DNA of 64,000 nucleotides from an archaeon (GTDB taxonomy: Archaea > Nanobdellota > Nanobdellia > Woesearchaeales > UBA9642). The stretch spans positions 32,001 through 96,000 of the forward strand of contig JAGVGF010000003.1 of the NCBI GenBank assembly GCA_020057295.1, written 5' to 3'. This document shows, piece by piece, positions 51,626 to 60,500 of this stretch. Made by a program: the position numbers and the translations under genes. Numbering within the stretch: the first letter of the stretch is position 1; the number at the start of each line of letters is the position of its first letter. The notes under the pieces were generated by a model, which was given only the letters and a program-made list of their open reading frames with translations, did no database searches and was not told the DNA's origin.

Positions 51626-52050
51626 TTTTTACATTTAAACCAAGAGTTACGGAGTATTTGTTAGGTGACAGACACAAAGGTTCTGGAATAATAACACCAA
51701 ACACGCTTCAAGATTATCAAGACATATGTATAGGTTTTAGAGGAAGAGCTTCTGTGGCTTCTGAGAAAGGAAAATCTCTAATTAACGAACAATTCTACAT
51801 GCACAAAGATGGCATTGCATTAGAGGTTAGGAACGTTACACATAATAGTTTACCTTTATCTCCTAAAGATAATACTGAAAAATGTCTAATATATATTGGA
51901 TGTGTTTCTTTGTCTTTCAAATCAAGAATTTTTAAACCTGAATATTTGAATAAATTATTGGAACAATTCAATGCTGATATATCTTTAAGACCTACATATA
52001 AGACTTTAGACCAATTAACACAATTTAGAGGGATAATACCAGGTGTGTAA
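51622..52050 (+). CDS. ORFan protein
   Basis: 142 aa, ATGA-coupled to upstream ORF. Confidence 0.6.
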   Translation: MIFTFKPRVTEYLLGDRHKGSGIITPNTLQDYQDICIGFRGRASVASEKGKSLINEQFYMHKDGIALEVRNVTHNSLPLSPKDNTEKCLIYIGCVSLSFKSRIFKPEYLNKLLEQFNADISLRPTYKTLDQLTQFRGIIPGV

Positions 52051-52110
52051 TTCTTTTATAAACCACATTTTTTCATAAACATTAAAAACCATCAATTATT
52101 CTCTTGTTAT

Positions 52111-52722
52111 ATGCGTAAAGTACTCTCTTCAGGGGCAGAAGCCACAATATATATTGATGGAGCAAATAAATCTCAGACTGTAGATAAGGAACGTTCTAAA
52201 AAAAATTATAGACATAATTCTATTGATGAAACACTCAGAAAAGCACGCACTAGAAAAGAATCAAAAATATTACATAGTTTAGAAAAATATGGTTTCGTTC
52301 CAAAAATTTTGAAACAAGACGAATACAATATAATTATGGAATATGTTGATGGTGTACAGTTAAAAAAAGCAATCGATAAGGATCCAAAGCTTGCTCTTCT
52401 TGTAGGTAAGAATCTTACAATTATGCATGATAATAATATTATTCACGGAGATTTAACTACTAGTAACATGTTATTAACAAAAAAAGGAAAAATCCAAAAA
52501 CTATATTTTATAGATTTTGGTCTCAGCTATACCAGCACTAGAGTTGAAGATATGGCTGTCGATATACATCTGTTTAAGCAAGCTTTAGAAAGTAAACATT
52601 ATAAAATTGCAAGTAAAGCATATATACAATTTATTAAAGGTTACAATCCAAAAAATAAAAAAGAGATTTTAGAGAGATTAGAGATTGTCGAACAACGTGG
52701 ACGCTATAAGGAGAAAACATGA
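52111..52722 (+). CDS. bud32: KEOPS complex kinase Bud32
   Basis: GAEA, KER..K.YR, RTRKE, HGDLTTSNM, IDFGL, EDMAVD, RGRY. Confidence 0.93.
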   Translation: MRKVLSSGAEATIYIDGANKSQTVDKERSKKNYRHNSIDETLRKARTRKESKILHSLEKYGFVPKILKQDEYNIIMEYVDGVQLKKAIDKDPKLALLVGKNLTIMHDNNIIHGDLTTSNMLLTKKGKIQKLYFIDFGLSYTSTRVEDMAVDIHLFKQALESKHYKIASKAYIQFIKGYNPKNKKEILERLEIVEQRGRYKEKT

Positions 52723-54488
52723 AAAAAATATATATCACATTAATATTTTTGTTAGTATCGCTGCTAGTAACAACTTCTGGCACAGCAGCATCTTCAGGAC
52801 ATATAGGATTACTAACGGTTTCAGAATCATCATTAAATTCTTCTGACTCTAGTGTTGAAAAAGGCGGGATTGCAGATTTATATCTGGTTGTTAAACAGGG
52901 ATCTGGAAGAATATTTATCGACAGTTTTCCATTATCCAAAATCGATACTCAAATAACTATGCGTTTTGCTACAGAAATAGCTTGTGATTTATTAGAAAAG
53001 GATTGTTCAGATTACGATTTCTTTTATACAATCACTGCAAATAGTGCCATTGTGGGCGGTCCAAGTGCTGGAGCAGCGGCAACAGTATTGACTGTAGCAT
53101 TGCTTGACAATCAAGAATTATCGAATGACACTATAATGACTGGAACAATTAATTCAGGAAATCTTATCGGCCCAGTAGCTGGTGTTCCTGCTAAAGCTCT
53201 AGCAGCACAAGTTAATGGATACACGCGAGTTCTCATACCAGAGTGGGACATTGCTAATAATACTCCACAAAATCTATCTATAAGCGTTATACCAATTTCG
53301 ACACTCGAGGAAGCATTATACTATTTTACTGGAAAGAATTATAGTATTGGCGACGATGTAGTTATACATTCCAAGGAATACAGCAAAATCATGCGTGAAG
53401 TCACACTTGATTTATGTTCAAAATATGGTGCTATACAAGATGGTGTGTTAATACTTCCTAATCTTACATCATACGATATTAATTTGACTAATGAAAGTCA
53501 AGATAATTTCAAATTAGCAATAAATGCTATTAATAACGGATCTTATTATAGCGCTGCAAGTTTTTGTTTTGGTGGTAATGTAAGAATTACGAGTGCATTG
53601 TTCAAAAATTTGACAAATAATCAATTAAAGATATTATATGCTCAACAATTAGAAAATGTAAGTACTTTTGAAAGAAATTTTGATTCTAAATCTAACAAAT
53701 TATCAACTATTTCAGAACTAGAAACTTATATGATTGTTGCCGAGAGATTATATGACACTAAACAAGTTTTATCAAAGCAAGATCTTAATAATATCTCATC
53801 ATCGGATTTAGCTTATGCCCGTGAACGTTTTAGTACGGCGATTGTTTGGGAAAAATTTTCAACTATTCCTGGTCAGAAATTTGTTATGGATCAAGATTTA
53901 TTAAAAATTGCTTGTTCAAAGAAATTATCTGAAGCAGAAGAAAGAATTAATTATATGGAATTATATTTCCCTAAGAAAGATATTCGAGAAGAATTATCTA
54001 AAGCGTATAATTACTATTATCAGAAAGAATATGCACTATGTATATTTACTGCATCAAAGGTTAAGGCACAATCAGGTATAGTATTAAGTGCTATATTTGT
54101 TCCAGAAGACAATATGCAAAAATTATTGGAAGAAAAAATCAGTGCAGGAAAAAGGGCAATATCTAAACAAGAATCAGCAAATATTTTCCCAATACTTGGT
54201 TATAGTTATTATGAATATGCTAATACGTTAAAGAATACTGATCAGTATTCATCATTATTATATGCTGAATATAGTTTAGAATTGAGTAATTTAGATATGT
54301 ACTTCAAGAAAAGACCTCCCGTACAAATAATAGACACTACTAATATAAATTATGTTTACGTTTTTGCAATAGGTGCAATTGCAGGCATAATATTTACTAC
54401 AATAGTTTTCGTAATATTTAAACTAATTAGTAATTACATTAAGAACTCTTCTGTAAAAAAGAAAATTAACAAGAAACATAAAAAATAA
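52719..54488 (+). CDS. Membrane-anchored extracellular S16 (Lon-like) serine protease
   Basis: Signal peptide, VGGPSAG, MTGTINSG..GPVAGVPAK (Ser-Lys dyad), C-terminal TM. Confidence 0.85.
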   Translation: MKKIYITLIFLLVSLLVTTSGTAASSGHIGLLTVSESSLNSSDSSVEKGGIADLYLVVKQGSGRIFIDSFPLSKIDTQITMRFATEIACDLLEKDCSDYDFFYTITANSAIVGGPSAGAAATVLTVALLDNQELSNDTIMTGTINSGNLIGPVAGVPAKALAAQVNGYTRVLIPEWDIANNTPQNLSISVIPISTLEEALYYFTGKNYSIGDDVVIHSKEYSKIMREVTLDLCSKYGAIQDGVLILPNLTSYDINLTNESQDNFKLAINAINNGSYYSAASFCFGGNVRITSALFKNLTNNQLKILYAQQLENVSTFERNFDSKSNKLSTISELETYMIVAERLYDTKQVLSKQDLNNISSSDLAYARERFSTAIVWEKFSTIPGQKFVMDQDLLKIACSKKLSEAEERINYMELYFPKKDIREELSKAYNYYYQKEYALCIFTASKVKAQSGIVLSAIFVPEDNMQKLLEEKISAGKRAISKQESANIFPILGYSYYEYANTLKNTDQYSSLLYAEYSLELSNLDMYFKKRPPVQIIDTTNINYVYVFAIGAIAGIIFTTIVFVIFKLISNYIKNSSVKKKINKKHKK

Positions 54489-54494
54489 TTTTTT

Positions 54495-55973
54495 TTATCT
54501 CGAAACGTAATCTGTAATTACTTGTTCTCTTCTAGGACCTGTGGCTATGGTGTTTACTGGTAATCCTGTATACTCCGATATGAAATGTATAAAATTCTGC
54601 GCATTTGTTTCTATGTCTTTGAAACTTGTTTTTCCGTATGTATTATTAAATCCTGGTAGACTTATTATTTTTTTGCCGTTGTGTTCGTCATCAACTAGTA
54701 CATGTATTGTCTTTATTCCATCATACACATCTAATTTTGTGAATGCTAAATGTGTGAATCCAAATTTTTCATTATGTTCTTTTACAAGTGTTAAATCTAA
54801 CATTCCTATTCTTCTTGGTCTTGCAGTAGTCGCTCCGTATTCTCCGCCGTTTGTTTTATCGTCATTTACTCCGACATTTCTGAAGTATTGTCCGATTTCG
54901 AAAGGAGTTGCTGTTCCGTTATTAATCTTTTCTAGTATTAAAGAATTATCTTTTCTGTTTAATCCTAATTCTTTTCTTGTTTTTCCTCTTATATCACTAT
55001 ATTCTCCATACTCTCCTACAAACGGACCTTCTCCTACCCTGCTAGGAACTAACTTTACTACAGCAACGTAATTTCTTATGAATTTTCTTGGTATTCCTAG
55101 ACCTGTTTCTACTGATACTGTTCCACAGTTTGACGCAGTTACGTAAGGGTATGTTCCCTGATCTTTATCTAGTCCAGCACCCTGTGCTAATTCTACAATC
55201 ACATTTTTTCCTAAGTTTAGATTTTCTAAAACGAAAGTTCTAGTATCTATAACATGAGGTTTTAATTCTTGCCCCATCTTATAATAATCTTCTACTATTT
55301 TATCAACTTTTAATCCGGTTTCTTCATCGTAGTATTCTATTATTCTTTCTGATAAAAACAATTTTATATCTTCTAACTTACTTCCGCTATACTTTCCATC
55401 TTTTACTCTTTGTTTTAATTTTGGAACGAATGCTTTTGCATATTGATCAAATTCTTCTTTATCATCAAGTAATGCTTCTCTTAATGTTTCAACGTTAAAT
55501 AAATCTTGTACTCTTAACCCTGTTCTATACATTTGTCCTGCGTATGCTGGTCCTACCCCGCTTCCTGTCGTTCCTATAGGATGTCTTCTTATAGAATCTT
55601 TAATAACATCAATATATTTGTGATGCGGAAATGTTACAAAAGCTTTATCGCTTATCATTAACTTGTGTGCATCTATTTTTAATCCAGCATCTCTTAGTTG
55701 ATATATCTCTTTTAGTAATTGTTTAGGATTTATTAGAACGCCATTTCCTATTATAGAAATCATATGATCATTAATTATAGATGATGGAACTAAATGCATT
55801 ATGTATGTTTTTCCGTTAACATCTACTGTATGTCCTGCATTATCTGCGCCGTTAGTTCTTGCTCCTATACTCGCTTGCTCGCCCATTTGGTCAACTACTT
55901 TTCCTTTTCCTTCGTCTCCAAATTGGCTTCCGCCTACAACATCAATGTATCCTTGTTTGTGCTCTTGTTTCAT
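54495..55973 (-). CDS. purA: Adenylosuccinate synthetase
   Basis: QFGDEGKGK, NAGHT, IGTTGSGVGPAY, GTYPYVT, EYGATTARPRR, TKLD; ATG 55973 after GGGGG SD. Confidence 0.95.
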   Translation of the reverse strand: MKQEHKQGYIDVVGGSQFGDEGKGKVVDQMGEQASIGARTNGADNAGHTVDVNGKTYIMHLVPSSIINDHMISIIGNGVLINPKQLLKEIYQLRDAGLKIDAHKLMISDKAFVTFPHHKYIDVIKDSIRRHPIGTTGSGVGPAYAGQMYRTGLRVQDLFNVETLREALLDDKEEFDQYAKAFVPKLKQRVKDGKYSGSKLEDIKLFLSERIIEYYDEETGLKVDKIVEDYYKMGQELKPHVIDTRTFVLENLNLGKNVIVELAQGAGLDKDQGTYPYVTASNCGTVSVETGLGIPRKFIRNYVAVVKLVPSRVGEGPFVGEYGEYSDIRGKTRKELGLNRKDNSLILEKINNGTATPFEIGQYFRNVGVNDDKTNGGEYGATTARPRRIGMLDLTLVKEHNEKFGFTHLAFTKLDVYDGIKTIHVLVDDEHNGKKIISLPGFNNTYGKTSFKDIETNAQNFIHFISEYTGLPVNTIATGPRREQVITDYVSR

Positions 55974-56135
55974 AGTAATATCCCCCAAAGTTCATTCCTC
56001 TTTCTATTTATTAATTTATTTTTTTTGTTCCTCTTTTTTTTAATTATAAACCCTGGAAGGCTCTGCATTGCTGCAGAGTTTCTTCCCGGGAAAAAGAGGT
56101 GAGCATAATATTATTAGAATGAAACACCTCAAATT
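55974..56135 (-). promoter_or_regulatory. Structured purA 5' leader with alternative pairings
   Basis: TATA at ~56160-56168; GAGGTG/CACCTC stem + U5; GC-rich hairpin with GCAA tetraloop; CCTCTTTTT/AAAAAGAGG alternative helix. Confidence 0.55.
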
Positions 56136-56284
56136 TCCAAGATTAAAGTTATCGTAATACTATTTAAAGGTTTCGATTGTAACTATTTAATAATGGTTAA
56201 AAAATTAAAATTTATCGTTCCAATTTGGTGACGAAAATTAAGATAATTAGTAAAATGTTTAAATTTGTTCAATAAAATAGTTTC

Positions 56285-56455
56285 ATGCGTAAAAATAATT
56301 CTAAAGAGAAAAAAATAGAGAAGAACAAGAAATCACACGAATCTTTAGACAAATTTTACTCTGATGAGCAAAAACATCGTGAAAAGATAGAAAAAATAGA
56401 AGATGAAATATTTGAACATCTAAAAAATCATACTAAAAAAGTGTTAAAAAAATAG
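56285..56455 (+). CDS. Small highly charged protein (56 aa)
   Basis: Not in ORF track: MRKNNSKEKK...EIFEHLKNHTKKVLKK; TTTAAA about 25 bp upstream. Confidence 0.5.
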   Translation: MRKNNSKEKKIEKNKKSHESLDKFYSDEQKHREKIEKIEDEIFEHLKNHTKKVLKK

Positions 56456-56517
56456 TTCTTCGGATATTTTACGGATAATAAGAGCAAATATTATAAAAAA
56501 ACACATAATAATATATT

Positions 56518-57183
56518 ATGCGCAGATGTTTAATTATAATTATATTCATGCTTTCAATAATTCTATCTTCTGGTATAGTTATTGCATGGACTTCTTATAC
56601 GCATGAATGGATATGTAATAAAGCAGGACTTTCTGAACTCGATTGTAAATCTGCAGATTATAATAATATAAAATCACAACACCCAGATTTAAGATCTGTT
56701 AATCATCATTGTACTAGCGATTTTGATAATTGCAATGCGAGAGTTTATGCAAGGAAATATCTTGATATTAATACTGAAGAATCTAAAGGATTCGCCGCAC
56801 ATTTATTCGCTGATAGTGTGGTTCCTGCACACTGGTATAGTCTTGACTATGATTCATGTCATAAAGTATTTGAAGATAAGGTAGAAGAAAGATTGAAGCA
56901 AGCTGAAAACGTGAAGTACTCGATACTCGGATCGACATTTGATTTTTCGTCATGGAATGTTACTATGCAGTGTGATGATAAGAAGAATAATACTATACAC
57001 TTATCCGCTGATAATCAATATATGAATCAAGTTGCAAAGTATGTTGCTGAAGAAATGCATTCTAACTATATTGAGCAGAATGTTGAAGAGTATGATTTTT
57101 CTTCAGTTGTGATTATAGTATTAGTACTATTGACGCTTGTTTTAATATTATTTCTATATACAGGTTTTAAAAATAGAAAATAA
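56518..57183 (+). CDS. Membrane-anchored Zn-dependent phospholipase C / S1-P1 nuclease fold protein
   Basis: Signal peptide then W-x4-H, AHLFADSVVPAH, HKVFE; C-terminal TM. Confidence 0.7.
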   Translation: MRRCLIIIIFMLSIILSSGIVIAWTSYTHEWICNKAGLSELDCKSADYNNIKSQHPDLRSVNHHCTSDFDNCNARVYARKYLDINTEESKGFAAHLFADSVVPAHWYSLDYDSCHKVFEDKVEERLKQAENVKYSILGSTFDFSSWNVTMQCDDKKNNTIHLSADNQYMNQVAKYVAEEMHSNYIEQNVEEYDFSSVVIIVLVLLTLVLILFLYTGFKNRK

Positions 57184-57199
57184 AAAAATAGTTATAGAT

Positions 57200-58207
57200 T
57201 TAGTTATTTTTCTTTGCAAATGTTGATGCAACTATTAATGGAAATACTAAGCTTGCTTCCGCGTGTACTTTTGCGTGAAGTCCATTAACTTTTATTTTTG
57301 TCCATGTAATCGCTTCCTGAGGTCCACCGCCTGAATCTGATGCGTCATATTCTTCTGCTGTTGTTACGTAAACTGCATAGTCAAATCCATCTCGGAAAAT
57401 ATTTGCATTCAATATATAGTGTTTTGCGATTCCTCCACCAAGCATTATTGCGCCTGCTTTTTCTGCAGATAAAGCTAAATCTATAATCTTTTTATGATCT
57501 CTAATTATATCTACATAGAAATCTTTCTTATTTTGAAGTTCATAATACATGAAATGTCCTAATGTTCCATCCGTAAATCCTGGACAAAATATAGGTATGT
57601 TGTTCTTGTATGCCCAGTACAAAACCGATTCTTCTTTTGTATCTAACCTTTCCATTTCTTTTCCAAGTTCGTAGATGAATTCAGAAGGGGTGAACGGGAT
57701 TCCTCGTGCTTTATACTTTACATAAAGTTCATCAAAGAACTTTTCTGTAAACTGTTCAAAATAGGTATATCTATCAACAGGTACAAAAATATTTCCTATG
57801 CGAGAGATGCTTTTATCAAATAATACTCTTCCAGGAATATCAAATTTTCCAACAACAAATGGTTTAAGACACTTAATTATATCTTCTTCGATTCCTCCTG
57901 CTGTTATAGATATAGCATGAATCATCTTGTGCTTAACAAGATATTTTATTATTTCTCTATTTCCAGAACTAATCATATTTGAAGTGCACGAAAGAAATAT
58001 GGTTGCATTATCTGAAATCATCTTATTTATTATGTCGATTGCCATTCCAAGATTTGTCGCTTGAATTCCCATATATTTATATGAATCCATGAATTTGTCA
58101 AAATCAAATTTTTGATCAAAATCGTATCCTTTAATTTCTGGAAATCCTTCTAAAGTATCATACCCTCGCATTTGTTGCGCCTGTTCATCTGTATTTTCAT
58201 CAGTCAT
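57200..58207 (-). CDS. dys: Deoxyhypusine synthase
   Basis: TSNMISSG, GGIEED, RIGN, PIFCP, GGGIAKH, DASDSG, EAITWTK. Confidence 0.93.
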   Translation of the reverse strand: MTDENTDEQAQQMRGYDTLEGFPEIKGYDFDQKFDFDKFMDSYKYMGIQATNLGMAIDIINKMISDNATIFLSCTSNMISSGNREIIKYLVKHKMIHAISITAGGIEEDIIKCLKPFVVGKFDIPGRVLFDKSISRIGNIFVPVDRYTYFEQFTEKFFDELYVKYKARGIPFTPSEFIYELGKEMERLDTKEESVLYWAYKNNIPIFCPGFTDGTLGHFMYYELQNKKDFYVDIIRDHKKIIDLALSAEKAGAIMLGGGIAKHYILNANIFRDGFDYAVYVTTAEEYDASDSGGGPQEAITWTKIKVNGLHAKVHAEASLVFPLIVASTFAKKNN

Positions 58208-58401
58208 TGTAAATCCTCCAATATAATTTTATAATCTTTTTATAACATTTTGAATAAAAAATAAATATTTTTAATAATATTAAACAATATAGAAAAATCT
58301 AATTAGAACCTGTAATGACAATATGTTCCATAAACAAACAATTTAACCATAGAAATAGGATGATTTAACGGTTTTTAAATTTGATTAAATTTCTAGAACG
58401 C

Positions 58402-58632
58402 TTATCTTACGCTTATTAATCCTATCGTAGTCATTAATAATGTTATGGCTGCTATTAATGTAAATGCTGCAAAGAAGTACATGTATATTTCATCGGATAC
58501 CACGAATGATAATGTTAAAATATTAAATTTTTGTAAGAAAAATATCACACTTGTTATAATTCCGATTACTCCTGCAAGTAAGGCTAATGGCTCGAAGGCA
58601 CTTCTTGAACTGTTGGACATAATTCCTGTCAT
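58402..58632 (-). CDS. Small 2-TM protein
   Basis: Two hydrophobic segments. Confidence 0.5.
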   Translation of the reverse strand: MTGIMSNSSRSAFEPLALLAGVIGIITSVIFFLQKFNILTLSFVVSDEIYMYFFAAFTLIAAITLLMTTIGLISVR

Positions 58633-58735
58633 ATCTTTAATTCTATCAAATTATTATTTAAAGCTTGTGGTTTTATACATAATATTTATAAAAAGCCCTT
58701 CTTTTCTATTAGTACAACAATTGTGAGGGATTATT

Positions 58736-59203
58736 ATGGCTATTGTAGGATTTAACTTTACTAAAATTAATGCTGAGAGAAAACCTGTTACTGAACAGAA
58801 TGTGAATATTGAAAGTAATGCTGGGGTTTCTAACATTACAGAATTAAGTTCTATCGATCCTAAGAAGACTCTTATAAAATTTGATTTCAACTATTTATGT
58901 AAATTCGAGCCAGGACTCGGTAAGATAGAGATAGCTGGTGAAGTTGTTGAAATTTATGATAAAGATTTTGCAACTAAAGTTCTAGACTATTGGAAAGTTG
59001 AAAAAAAGATATATGGTGAAGTATTACAAGATGTGTTTAACAATATTCTTGCAAGATCTAATATGGAAGCAATATTTATCAGTAGAGAATTAGGCTTACC
59101 ATCACCAATACAGATGCCTAGAGTAGACTTAAAACAAGTCGAAAAAAAAGAAGAAAAACCTAAGGAAGACAAGGTTTCAAAATCAGAATCTAAGAAGAAA
59201 TAA
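58736..59203 (+). CDS. Conserved-looking archaeal hypothetical protein
   Basis: MAIVGFNFTKINAERK...SRELGLPSPI; GAGG SD. Confidence 0.75.
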   Translation: MAIVGFNFTKINAERKPVTEQNVNIESNAGVSNITELSSIDPKKTLIKFDFNYLCKFEPGLGKIEIAGEVVEIYDKDFATKVLDYWKVEKKIYGEVLQDVFNNILARSNMEAIFISRELGLPSPIQMPRVDLKQVEKKEEKPKEDKVSKSESKKK

Positions 59204-59252
59204 TTTCTGTAATTTTTAAGTATGATTCTGTAAAGAGCGTGAGGTGAAACTC

Positions 59253-60347
59253 ATGACAAAAGAAATCATAAGGAAAGAAAATGGTAAGGAAGTAGCTTAT
59301 GATAGAACATTCTTTGGAGACGTATCAAAACGCGAGCTTCATGAAAATTTGGATGGAAGCAAGGATACAAGAAATGTTTTTGGTACTCAGGTACATGTAG
59401 AAAGACAGGGATTTCTTGATAATGAAGTTAGAGGAACTGTCGATGGTGTGGAAGGTACCTTTCGTCACGGGTTCTTTGATACAAAAGATAGTCCTAGAGA
59501 GTTTATACCAGACGAGACAAAACGGAATACATCTGAGGATGATGATTCTTCTAGTTCTGATGATTATGTTCCTAGTCGAAATGATGGTTCAAGTTCTAGT
59601 ACATACAGTCATTCACAAAGTTCATCTGTTTCTACTCCTAAAAAGCATATAGAAAGAGAAATATCTTGGCATCCTATCCTTAAACTAATGGCGGCGCGTC
59701 ATCCTCACCCCTATACTCGTTTGTGTGCTGCGAAAGAAATGAAAAATCCTTACGTATTTTATATGATGGCGTTAAATGATAAGGATAATATTTATGAAGG
59801 AGTTTATGGTTTATGCAGTACGCTTGGCGTACAAGGAGAACCAACTGATGATAATTATTTTAGGACTACAACAGGACTTGTTTACAAGCTTGCACTTGAA
59901 AGAACGTTCGAGTCAAGTGTAAATACTATTCTTATAGATAGAGGTTTGTATTGGGCGAAACCAACTATTCCAGATTTAGAAAATTTAGTATCGCATGCTG
60001 TAAGTAAAGAAATCAGACTTAAATCTAAACAACTTATGTACAATAGATTTTTTTCTACTTCCTTTCCAAAACCAATCAAATTTGTTGTAAGCTTACTCGA
60101 TCCGAATAAATCAGATCATATCCCTAGACTTATTAGTGCATATAAAGGTCTTGATCCGGGAGGTTTTTTATTAGACCTAGAAGATAATTGGAAGTTTGAT
60201 TCTAAAACACTAGATCCAAATTCACATTTTGGGCGCATAATGTTAGCTTTAGAAGAAGGATGGAGAGAAGATTGTGCTAAAGGTGATCCTGAATCACATC
60301 TGAGAAGTATTATCTCTGGAGATGAGAGATATGTTCTTGAACTTTAG
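59253..60347 (+). CDS. ORFan with N-terminal short repeats, Ser-rich linker and helical C-terminal part
   Basis: GAGGTGA SD; FFGD/VFGT/GFLD/GFFD; poly-Ser. Confidence 0.6.
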   Translation: MTKEIIRKENGKEVAYDRTFFGDVSKRELHENLDGSKDTRNVFGTQVHVERQGFLDNEVRGTVDGVEGTFRHGFFDTKDSPREFIPDETKRNTSEDDDSSSSDDYVPSRNDGSSSSTYSHSQSSSVSTPKKHIEREISWHPILKLMAARHPHPYTRLCAAKEMKNPYVFYMMALNDKDNIYEGVYGLCSTLGVQGEPTDDNYFRTTTGLVYKLALERTFESSVNTILIDRGLYWAKPTIPDLENLVSHAVSKEIRLKSKQLMYNRFFSTSFPKPIKFVVSLLDPNKSDHIPRLISAYKGLDPGGFLLDLEDNWKFDSKTLDPNSHFGRIMLALEEGWREDCAKGDPESHLRSIISGDERYVLEL

Positions 60348-60500
60348 GAAATAATAACAAGCATAGTATCTATTCATAAGTAAATACTCTGTTTTTTCCT
60401 CCCTTTCAAAAATCATAACATTTATATTCTATTATCGCATATTTTTACTAATTATTGGGGTCGTTTAGAGATTTCACACTATTGATGTTGAGGTGGTTTC

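Noticed and set aside
48427-52050. Provirus or integrated plasmid
   Set aside because: No integrase, packaging ATPase, capsid motif or flanking att repeats recognised
56051-56090. Archaeal SECIS element
   Set aside because: Internal loop is AAA/C rather than GAA/A, and no nearby gene has an in-frame TGA at a Cys position
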